From: a virus
Lineage: Duplodnaviria; Caudoviricetes
Direction: 5' to 3' (one strand)
Length of the DNA: 64,000 nt
Virus record (IMG/VR): IMGVR_UViG_3300028886_000037
Location: 64,001-128,000 of that record
The notes beneath the pieces were generated by a model that was not told the DNA's origin, searched no databases, and saw only the letters and a list, made by a program, of their open reading frames with translations. A program made the position numbers and the translations under genes. Of the stretch, positions 47,133 through 55,226 are shown piece after piece (the first letter of the stretch is position 1; every line of letters begins with the position of its first letter).

Positions 47133-48770
47133 ATGAAAAACCTTCTTGAAACCGTCATCTACGACTACAAGATCCATAACTCTATAGAACTCCGCAACTG
47201 GCAGCTTCAGGCGATGAAGAATCTCGAACGTCTCATCAGCAATCGCCCAATCTCTGTACTGGTCGATGCGACATGCGGTTCTGGTAAGAGCACGGTTCAG
47301 CACATGGCAATTGACTATGTCGCTCGTCTGAAAGAAGCAGAAGGAAAGAAAGCTATGATTCTTCTAGCTTCTCCACGTCTTCTTCTCAATAAACAGCTTC
47401 TCGAATGCTGCAAATCGAACATTAAAGACTTCGATGATCGATTCACAGTTCTCAACATGGCTTCTAACGATCTCGGAGACGCTAAGTTCGATATGCTCAC
47501 TTCAACTGGCTTCGGCATCTCTAACAAGCTCAATTCGAATAAGCACATCCTTCTTCTCGCATGCGACACTTCGGTCAACATGGACTTCGATAACGCTGCA
47601 CGCCAGATCGAATCTAGAATCATGCATCTCGCTTCACATCGCACTAAGAACGGACACGAAGTAACTTTCGATCTCGCAATGATCGATGAAGCTCACAAGG
47701 ATATCGACGACTCTGTTCTGCTCGAACTCAAGAAGATGAGCAACACTCTAATCACCTATACTGCTACTCCTTCTAAGCGCTTGTCTAAGATCTGCTCTAC
47801 TAAGCGAATCTCTTACGGCTTCCGTCAGGCTATCAAGGACGGCGTCGTGGTTCCGCCTTCTCTCTACCTCGTATCTAGAACTAACAAGCTCAAAGAAAAG
47901 GACAAGGCTACTTCGATCGTCGCTAGCATCAAGCACCTCATCAATGAAGCGGAAAATACTCCGAAGCTCGGCTACGATAAACGCGCAGTAGAAGTCGTAT
48001 TCGACAACAGCATCGACTATCTCCGTAACTACGAGAACACTCTCCGTTCGATTTACACAATCGATGAACTTGACATCGCAATTCTCGCTTCTGAGAAGGA
48101 AGTAGCGGTCAAGAATCAGCACGGTGAACGTGTCAAGAAGTACGAGATTTACTCTAGCTTCAACGGAGAAAAGCTCGAAGATGCAGAAGTCCTCGAAAAA
48201 GTCAGAAACTCCAAGAAGCACACGATCATCCTCTCGGCTTACAAGGTGCAAGAAGGAATCGACATCAAGGCTATCAACGGCGTCTGCATTCTCTGCGATA
48301 AGCGCGAAAACAATCTCTATCAGGCTATCTGCCGTGGCGACAGAACTGCTCCGGGCAAAAAGAAGTTCAATATCTACATCACGGCTGACTCAGATGACCA
48401 GATTCATGACTTCTTGGACAAGATGGTTGAAGGATTCGAAAGTGAAATCGACTTCGGAGATGGTATCGAACTCGGCGCTGGCAAAGAGGTAGAAACTGAA
48501 GAAGTCGACATCAGCGCTCTCAAGTCTGTCGTACCGATGGCTATCCGCTACCGCAACGCTATCGTAAAGGCTGTAGAAGAATACAAGGCAGAGAACGAAA
48601 TCCAGATCGCTTCTGAAGCATTCAAAGATGAAGCATGGAAGATGTGGCACAACGGCGACGAGATCGGAAAGATCTGGACTCTTTTCGCTCGAGACGAGTT
48701 CGATCACTTCTCTGCTACAGTAGAAGATGATCTCGTAAACTGGGTTGAAAACGAACTTTTCTCTAAATAA
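47133..48770 (+). CDS. SF2 helicase/ATPase of the restriction (Res/Type ISP-like) class
   Basis: LRNWQ, ATCGSGKS, IDEAH, TATP, QEGIDI, QAICRGDR. Confidence 0.85.
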   Translation: MKNLLETVIYDYKIHNSIELRNWQLQAMKNLERLISNRPISVLVDATCGSGKSTVQHMAIDYVARLKEAEGKKAMILLASPRLLLNKQLLECCKSNIKDFDDRFTVLNMASNDLGDAKFDMLTSTGFGISNKLNSNKHILLLACDTSVNMDFDNAARQIESRIMHLASHRTKNGHEVTFDLAMIDEAHKDIDDSVLLELKKMSNTLITYTATPSKRLSKICSTKRISYGFRQAIKDGVVVPPSLYLVSRTNKLKEKDKATSIVASIKHLINEAENTPKLGYDKRAVEVVFDNSIDYLRNYENTLRSIYTIDELDIAILASEKEVAVKNQHGERVKKYEIYSSFNGEKLEDAEVLEKVRNSKKHTIILSAYKVQEGIDIKAINGVCILCDKRENNLYQAICRGDRTAPGKKKFNIYITADSDDQIHDFLDKMVEGFESEIDFGDGIELGAGKEVETEEVDISALKSVVPMAIRYRNAIVKAVEEYKAENEIQIASEAFKDEAWKMWHNGDEIGKIWTLFARDEFDHFSATVEDDLVNWVENELFSK

Positions 48771-48832
48771 CAGTTTTTGATTTCTCTCGAAATTACTTAT
48801 ATTATAAGAGAAACTTCAACAAAGGACCACAC

Positions 48833-49609
48833 ATGAACAACTTATTCACTCACAAAGCGATGACTGCAGTGCTCAAGCCGAACACTGTAATGGACGACAG
48901 TCAGTTCGACTACAACAAGGCATACTTGGATTTCTTCGAACACATGGCTAATGTCGGTTGCATCGAATACGACAATCCCGAGTATCTCCGCAACACGATC
49001 AACGAATTTGGAAAGAAGTTCGTTGAAGAGTACAAGACTAAGTTTCTCTCTATCGCGTCTGAGAAGGACATCGAGACCTCTATTGAGCAGAACAAGAAGA
49101 TCACTATTGACGAATACTTCTTCGATCTTCGATTGAAGTATGTCGGAAATCTTTTCGAAGCAGTCATGCAGTGCTACTTCTCGCTAGCTAATGTGCGTGA
49201 CTCTAGACTGCAGCAGTTCACTGGATACGAAGAGGTCAACGGTGGGGACTGGGATTTCAAGGGTGTAGACGCATGGCTAACTGAACCGACTTATGGAATA
49301 AAGATTCCAGTCAACGCTAAGCACAAGACGATTGAAGAGATCAAGGAATTTGCGCCTTTCCAGAAGCTTCAGAGCGCTAGCCGTGAAGTAGTCAAGGAAC
49401 TAAAGAAAAAGTCCTCAGAAGCGGCTTTAGCTGCTCTAGACTGCCCGTCTGGCATACTCTTCACCGACATCGTTGCTAAGCCTCTTCTCCCAGAGAAGTT
49501 CCCTGACGTGATCGTCATCGACAGCTGGACGCTGTTCCAAGCTCTCGGAAAGGGTGCTGTGCCTAACAGGTCTTTCTGGGAAGCTTCGCTTGAACTTATG
49601 AAGAAATAA
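48833..49609 (+). CDS. Putative Mrr-like PD-(D/E)XK endonuclease
   Basis: GNLFE...DFKGVDA...VNAK...GILFT motif order. Confidence 0.55.
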   Translation: MNNLFTHKAMTAVLKPNTVMDDSQFDYNKAYLDFFEHMANVGCIEYDNPEYLRNTINEFGKKFVEEYKTKFLSIASEKDIETSIEQNKKITIDEYFFDLRLKYVGNLFEAVMQCYFSLANVRDSRLQQFTGYEEVNGGDWDFKGVDAWLTEPTYGIKIPVNAKHKTIEEIKEFAPFQKLQSASREVVKELKKKSSEAALAALDCPSGILFTDIVAKPLLPEKFPDVIVIDSWTLFQALGKGAVPNRSFWEASLELMKK

Positions 49610-49713
49610 AAGCAAGAAAAAATTAAGATTTTCTCAAATTCTGGGTTTAGAGAAATCCAGAATTTTCTTATATTATAAGAGAAATCGTAACAACCTTTCT
49701 CTAGGAGAAACTC

Positions 49714-50748
49714 ATGGAATACCGCTGGAACAAGAACTGGGCTGCTAAGTATATCGCAGGCGTAACTGATAAGAAGATCCTGGTCGTAAACGACCTCCAG
49801 CTAGCTCGAAAGCTCGCTGTGAGCAACTCGGTGACTTATCTTACTGATGATGAGAAATCCTATCACACATTCCTCAAAATGGTATCTCCTCTAAATAATG
49901 TAAATTTTGGAATGGACGACTCCGTCCATCTGGTCGACTACAAAGGCGACTACACGAAGGAGATAACTGGTATGAAATTTGACTTGATCGTTGGCAATCC
50001 TCCTTATGACCGTTCTCTTCACTTGAAGATACTTGATCAACTGCTTCCTTACGCTAAAGAGATTGTATGGATAAGTCCAGTTCGTTGGCTTCAAGATCCA
50101 TTGGCCAAGTACAAGAAGACTTCTGATCTGCTGAAGTACAAAGACACTATCTTGACAAAGTTGAAAGAAGTTGAAGTAGTTAGCGCTAAGGATGCTATAG
50201 CTATGTTTGATAACGCTAGATTCACTATGGACTTAGCCATCTATCATATCAAAGAATCAAACGCATCTTCTTTCGATCCAAGACCTCTATACAAGAATGC
50301 ATGGATTATTGAACATGTAGTAGATAGAGTAGTAAATGGAGAGGTCGACTCAATAGCAGATCACTATCTTGACAGAGATGAACTAGATATGAGTATTCCT
50401 TTCATGAGATTTAGTGATATTCATGGTCATAAACATCAGAATGACTGGCATATATTCTTGTCACCTGATCATAAGCTCGCATTTGACAAGAATGCTAAGA
50501 AGGTTGGTGGCTTGAACTTCAATACTCAAGAAGAAGCCGAGAATTTCTTCAACTATATGCAGACTGCCTTCATCAAGTTCTTGGGCATCACGATTAAGCG
50601 GGACGTGAACGTCCCGCTTGGCTTCATCCCTTATATGAATGACTACACTCGTCCTTGGACAGACGAAGATCTGTTCCAGCTCTTCAACATCACAGAAGAA
50701 GAACAGAAGATTATCCATGACACTGTAAAGGATGTTGCGAAATGGTAA
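49714..50748 (+). CDS. N6-adenine methyltransferase, catalytic (NPPY) plus target-recognition half, Eco57I-like
   Basis: MKFDLIVGNPPY, ISP.RWL, C-terminal FIP..DYTRPWTDEDL...FNITEEE; no motif I. Confidence 0.8.
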   Translation: MEYRWNKNWAAKYIAGVTDKKILVVNDLQLARKLAVSNSVTYLTDDEKSYHTFLKMVSPLNNVNFGMDDSVHLVDYKGDYTKEITGMKFDLIVGNPPYDRSLHLKILDQLLPYAKEIVWISPVRWLQDPLAKYKKTSDLLKYKDTILTKLKEVEVVSAKDAIAMFDNARFTMDLAIYHIKESNASSFDPRPLYKNAWIIEHVVDRVVNGEVDSIADHYLDRDELDMSIPFMRFSDIHGHKHQNDWHIFLSPDHKLAFDKNAKKVGGLNFNTQEEAENFFNYMQTAFIKFLGITIKRDVNVPLGFIPYMNDYTRPWTDEDLFQLFNITEEEQKIIHDTVKDVAKW

Positions 50749-51197
50749 AGACTATCTACGATTACGACAACGACTTCAACCACTATGAGCACGCTGACAA
50801 GAAGGAGCGCCAGAAGCTCGGACAAGTATGGACTCCCTACGACACAATCGCTAAGATGATGGACAAGTGGCCTATCGAGAACTGGAAGGATCATTCGAAG
50901 ACTATGCTAGATCCGACTATGGGAGCTGGAAACATCGTCATAGCTATGCTGTATCGCAGAATCGTAGAGCATGGCCAAGATCCAATCGCTGCTCTCAAGA
51001 ACACCTACGGCGTAGAGCTAGATCCTCCAACTCACAAATACGCTCAACAGCGCATAATCAGATTCATGAAGAACTTCACGGACGAAGATGTCAGAGATAT
51101 CGTAAAGCATAACTTCGTCAACTCAGACATCTTCGAATGGAACTTAGAGACCTGGAAGAGCAAAAACGACAAGAAGTCGAAGTTTCTTATCAAGTAA
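50742..51197 (+). CDS. Methyltransferase SAM-binding half (motifs X, I, II, III)
   Basis: LGQVWTP, MLDPTMGAGNI, YGVELD, NFVNSD; no NPPY. Confidence 0.8.
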   Translation: MVKTIYDYDNDFNHYEHADKKERQKLGQVWTPYDTIAKMMDKWPIENWKDHSKTMLDPTMGAGNIVIAMLYRRIVEHGQDPIAALKNTYGVELDPPTHKYAQQRIIRFMKNFTDEDVRDIVKHNFVNSDIFEWNLETWKSKNDKKSKFLIK

Positions 51198-51199
51198 CT

Positions 51200-51298
51200 T
51201 TAGAGCTGGTGTTCAAGAATGCTAGCCAATTCCTCCATCGAGACGACGCTTTCTACGCCGTCTCTTCTTATTTTGACTAACTGGTGCCCATCTGTGCT
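51200..51298 (-). other. Orphan split-intein N-fragment, copy 2 (STDGHQLVKIRRDGVESVVSMEELASILEHQL*)
   Basis: 19/32 aa identical to the TerL IntN; in frame immediately after the HEG TAA at 51299-51301. Confidence 0.85.
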
Positions 51299-52705
51299 TT
51301 AGCTTCTAGTCCACTCGTACTTAAGAGTGCCACAGTCGTATATTCGTGGACACTTTCGTTCCTTCATAATCTCATGCTCTGACTTATTCGGATCTGCTCC
51401 TTCTGCCACGAGCTTGTGCTTCTGGAACTCGAAACGAGAATGTCTCTTGTGTTTGACGATGTATGCATAGGATGGATCCGACTTGTGTATGAACTTGAAT
51501 CCGAGCTTATCATATAGATCCCCTCTCGACCATCTTCGATCTGCGTAGCTTACTATCTTCGAGATTTCCGGGTGATCTTTGACGAAATGAGACAGGAGCT
51601 TGCTAGCTCCTCCCACTACATTTACGTCAACTTCAGTAGCGAAGCGAAGAAGCTCTATCTCGTCAGCGAATCTAGACTTTCCGAAGGTCATCACAGCGAC
51701 AAGGCCGTCATGATAGAACAGACCGTACTGCCACTTCGACGTGCAGCTGCCCTGAATGTGGCATAAATCTAGGAACTCTTTGCTCTCTTTGAAGCTTATT
51801 TGCTTACACACAGTCTCTCTTGCGAATATGCATTCATTTCTTCCGAGCATACCACGAAGACGGCTCTTCACAATATCTTTCTTGTTCTTCCATTCATCTT
51901 CGAATATGTGAATGAGCTGCCAGCCTTTATCTTCGCAAGCCTCTGTCTTCTTCAAATGGTAGTCTTTCCCTACTACATTCTCATTGTGCCAGTAGAATCC
52001 GTCATACTCGATAGCTATTTTGTGATCTGATAGTACAATGTCTAGTTCTTTTCCGTCAAGAAGCTTTCGATCATTGAGAGATATTCTTCCTGGCTTAAGA
52101 TCTTTGATGAACTCTCTAATCTCACGCTCAGGAATGCTGACGGACTTTCTGTTGTTGCAGAAGTGACATATACCGTAGTCCTCTGTTCTCGCCATGCGGT
52201 CGATGAGAGATCTGACATAAGTGCTCTCGTTTCCGCACTTGTTGCATCTGAAAGTGACTGGTTGCTTCTCAGTCTGATCATATCTGATGAATGTGCAGTC
52301 TGCTTTCTCGAAGTACTTCTTGAACGACTCTTCGCTGCGCTTCTGACGCTTCTCAAGCTCTTCATACGATATGCACTTTCCATCAGCGTTCTTATGAGAT
52401 TCGATATTCTTCAGACGCCACTCGCGTACCTGGTCTTCTGTGAGCTTCGATATGCTCTCAGCACGCTTAGCCTTGACTTCTGGATCCTGCCATACGCACT
52501 TGTTAGAGCAGAATTTTTGATAGCCTTTGATGAGACCTCGGAAAGGAGTCGGACCACCACATGTCGGACAGATTCCATCCTCTGGCTTCTTCAAGAACTC
52601 GTCATAGTAGCTATGAACTGTGTAGTCATTGTGGTGAAACTGAATGTGCGTAGTTAGCTGAGTTATCTTCTCAAAATTATCATGGCATATCTTGCACTCG
52701 AACAT
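51299..52705 (-). mobile_element. Free-standing Hef-like / Vsr-like homing endonuclease with Zn fingers
   Basis: C2H2 and CxxC fingers; ELDI......IAIEYDG.YWH, LIHIFEDEW; C-terminal SYADRRWS.G.LY..LGF, RIYDCG. Confidence 0.8.
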
Positions 52706-52780
52706 AGAAACCTCTCTTATACATATCAAATATATAAAAGTTGTTTCTCGTTTGAAGTGTTTCTACCCATTTATTTTCTA

Positions 52781-52879
52781 TTAAAGTTCGTGTTCTAGGA
52801 TAGAATGTAGCTCTTTTAGCGTCAAAACTGACACTATTCCATTTCTTCTCACTTTTACGAGCTGATCTCCATCACAACA
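52781..52879 (-). other. Split-intein N-fragment, copy 1 (CCDGDQLVKVRRNGIVSVLTLKELHSILEHEL*), fused to TerL-N
   Basis: Intein block-A-like C-x-x-G-D-x-x-V begins right after FAQEYA; ORF stops 32 aa later. Confidence 0.85.
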
Positions 52880-53677
52880 AGCATATTCCTGAGCGAAGTG
52901 CTTGACTCCGTAGTCACGAATGATTCTAGCCTTCCAAGCTTCATCACGTCCATCGATCTCGAACCATTGCACCTTGCATGGAATGAACGAGTTCTCTCCA
53001 GCTACAGCTTTCTGCCAGATGTCAGCAAAGTGATTCATTCCGTTAGGCGTAGAGATCAAGATCAGCTCAGCGTCAGGGTCAGATGCCTGCACAGGCATGA
53101 CTGACTGAATGAAGTCGTCTGCGATAGAGTCATCCAAGTGAGCGAACTCGTCCACCAGCATGTAGTTTACTGACTTACCACGAATAGCGGATGAAGATGA
53201 TGCAGCAGCGAAGACCTTAGTGCCGTTGTCGAGTCCTATGCAGCTCTTAGACCAGCCTCCACGCTGTGGATCGATTCCCTGCTGCAGCCATAGAGGCAGT
53301 CTGACATACGCGTCTCTGATACGTGCCATGATTTCCAGAGCCTGGGATAGCTTGTTAGCGAGGATAGCGATCGTCTTGTCCTCTTCGAACAGCGCTTTCC
53401 AAGTCAGATACAGAGTAGCGATAGTCGTCTTTCCAGACTGACGACCCTGCATGATGATGCGGTTGTTCTTGCCCTCGACTTTAGCGCACAGCGTCTTCAC
53501 CTCTCGGATCTGGTACTCACGCAGAGGAATCGGTCTTGAGCCCTTCGGAGTCAGAATGTAGAAGTACTTAGCGAAGTGGAAGATGTCAGTCTTGCACTTC
53601 ACGTACTCTTCGAGCTGCTCTTCAGTCATCTCGATCTTCTCTTTATGGCCTCTGATATTGTCTGCACCTTGGAACAT
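52781..53677 (-). CDS. gp17: Terminase large subunit N-terminal part (gp17 ATPase) plus IntN
   Basis: EEYVKCKTD..HFA.Y, LREYQ, GRQSGKT, AIRG, VDEFAH, ISTPNG.NHF, FAQEY. Confidence 0.9.
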   Translation of the reverse strand: MFQGADNIRGHKEKIEMTEEQLEEYVKCKTDIFHFAKYFYILTPKGSRPIPLREYQIREVKTLCAKVEGKNNRIIMQGRQSGKTTIATLYLTWKALFEEDKTIAILANKLSQALEIMARIRDAYVRLPLWLQQGIDPQRGGWSKSCIGLDNGTKVFAAASSSSAIRGKSVNYMLVDEFAHLDDSIADDFIQSVMPVQASDPDAELILISTPNGMNHFADIWQKAVAGENSFIPCKVQWFEIDGRDEAWKARIIRDYGVKHFAQEYACCDGDQLVKVRRNGIVSVLTLKELHSILEHEL

Positions 53678-53704
53678 ATTTTTGAGTTTTCTCCGATTTA
53701 GGGG

Positions 53705-53733
53705 TTTAGAGTTTCTCTTGAATTACTTATATT
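53705..53733 (+). promoter_or_regulatory. Early promoter (TTTAGA-N17-TATATT)
   Basis: Repeated consensus; another copy at 54401-54429. Confidence 0.75.
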
Positions 53734-53766
53734 TACACCGTAACTTCAACAAAAGGACCATAACTT

Positions 53767-53940
53767 ATGCCGCAATTCACTGCACTCATCGTAACTCGCC
53801 GCAAGGACGGCGTTCCTGCTACCTACACTCTCACTCACGAGATCGAAAACCGCATCGCTATGTTCAACTACGTAATCAATCGCTACACGAACAGGTACGA
53901 AGATGTAGAAACTATCACCATCCTCTCGGAGGAAAACTAA
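53767..53940 (+). CDS. Small early protein (MPQFTALIVTRRKDG..., 57 aa)
   Basis: AAGGACC leader; below the ORF-track length cutoff. Confidence 0.55.
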   Translation: MPQFTALIVTRRKDGVPATYTLTHEIENRIAMFNYVINRYTNRYEDVETITILSEEN

Positions 53941-53943
53941 GCT

Positions 53944-54381
53944 ATGCTGATTGATCCGTCTCAATATGATCTCAGCCAGAACGGCTACACAGTCAATGAG
54001 TTCTACAAGGCTTACAATCATCCGTTCAACCGTCAGGAGAAGAACCTCTCTGTTGAGGATGCATCGAAGTTCGTAGAAGCGGTGCTGCTTCGCGCTATTC
54101 CTCTCACAGCGATTCTCTGCAAGGGATTCAAGGAAGAACACTTCGTCATCACCAACGGCATCGTCTGGTTCAACGCTATCGCCGACTATATGGAAGACAA
54201 GTTTGCGCTCAAGGCTAAGTATCTCACTGCACTCGACGGCAAGAAGTTCTCCGAGATCAGCCGAATGTACCAGCGCAGGATCGAAGAGACGTCTGTGTCA
54301 GTGAAGTTCATGCAATACGGAGACGAACAACACATGAATATGCTCTTCGACTTCATCGACCACTACACTAGACTCCAATAA
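53944..54381 (+). CDS. DUF262/GmrS-like protein with a degenerate motif
   Basis: FNRQ...SKFVEAVL..IP...VITNG....AI..YM..KF.L......DGKKFSE. Confidence 0.55.
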   Translation: MLIDPSQYDLSQNGYTVNEFYKAYNHPFNRQEKNLSVEDASKFVEAVLLRAIPLTAILCKGFKEEHFVITNGIVWFNAIADYMEDKFALKAKYLTALDGKKFSEISRMYQRRIEETSVSVKFMQYGDEQHMNMLFDFIDHYTRLQ

Positions 54382-54509
54382 GATTTCTCTAATTTTAGGG
54401 TTTAGATTTCTCTAAAAAGTACTTATATTTGCCATGTAACTCAAACAAAGGACCTTAACGGTCACGACAAGAAAAAGCCCTGGAAAGACTAACAACAAGG
54501 AGAATCCCA

Positions 54510-54905
54510 ATGAAAAAACTCGCACTCATTCTCGCGCTCTTCACTGCATTTGCTTTCTCGGCAGAATGCAATCAGATCTCTGACCAGATCTCGATCAAGT
54601 TCCTCTGCACTGACGGTCAGATCATCACGCTGCGTGTCAATGACGTCCAAGACACGTACAAAGTCCTGAACGGCATAAACGTAACCGTTGACAACAAGGA
54701 CGGCACTTACACGATCACTGAACATCTGTCTAACTTCAAGGACGAGAAGTGCAAGTCGAAGTATCTGTTCTTCAAGGAAGTCTACGACGAGTTCGGAATC
54801 CGCATCAGCGGCACAGAGAAGTGCACGAACGACGCTAGCTACAGTCCGACTGCTGTATGGAACAACCTTCACGCTCATCACACTTTCTACAAGATGGCCA
54901 AATAA
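54510..54905 (+). CDS. Secreted/periplasmic early protein
   Basis: Signal peptide MKKLALILALFTAFAFS; paired Cys residues. Confidence 0.65.
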   Translation: MKKLALILALFTAFAFSAECNQISDQISIKFLCTDGQIITLRVNDVQDTYKVLNGINVTVDNKDGTYTITEHLSNFKDEKCKSKYLFFKEVYDEFGIRISGTEKCTNDASYSPTAVWNNLHAHHTFYKMAK

Positions 54906-54925
54906 GACTCCGCAAAACACAAAGA

Positions 54926-54958
54926 TGGCGCTGATTACTCCGGTCAGCGCCGTTCTTG
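54926..54958. terminator. Terminator between convergent genes
   Basis: ggcgctga...tcagcgcc inverted repeat. Confidence 0.55.
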
Positions 54959-54983
54959 TTGTTAGTCTATTGTTAGTCTATTG

Positions 54984-55226
54984 TCAGTCTACGCCGAAGT
55001 CTACATCGTCAGCAGCGCATGCAGCTCCGATAGCGTCGCAGATGGCTTCTCCAGGAACAAGATATTCCTCTACGCCCTCGAAGTCGATGTGAATGCATCG
55101 CTTTCCTTCGTGCCATTCTGGATCGATCTCGTCAGAGATGCCAGTTATCCCCTTGTGATTGCGGATATAGTTGATGAGGCCATCAGCCATCGCGATCTTA
55201 GCTTTGTCTGAGAATTCTAGCATCAC
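54984..55226 (-). CDS. Hypothetical protein
   Basis: GGAGG RBS, coupled to the topoisomerase B stop. Confidence 0.55.
   Translation of the reverse strand: MMLEFSDKAKIAMADGLINYIRNHKGITGISDEIDPEWHEGKRCIHIDFEGVEEYLVPGEAICDAIGAACAADDVDFGVD

Noticed and set aside
46827-47303. 158-aa minus-strand ORF as an intact gene
   Set aside because: Only the last ~55 codons are HEG-like; the rest is the antisense of the helicase start and promoter, so it is treated as a remnant.
50742-50748. Frameshifted single methyltransferase
   Set aside because: Both ORFs are intact with a coupled start/stop overlap, and the motif order is reversed relative to a single gamma-class enzyme.
51200-52879. Group I intron or stop-codon recoding as the explanation for the HEG-IntN junctions
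   Set aside because: There is no non-coding space for a ribozyme core; the stops are TAA, and TAA/TAG/TGA terminate normal genes throughout the window.
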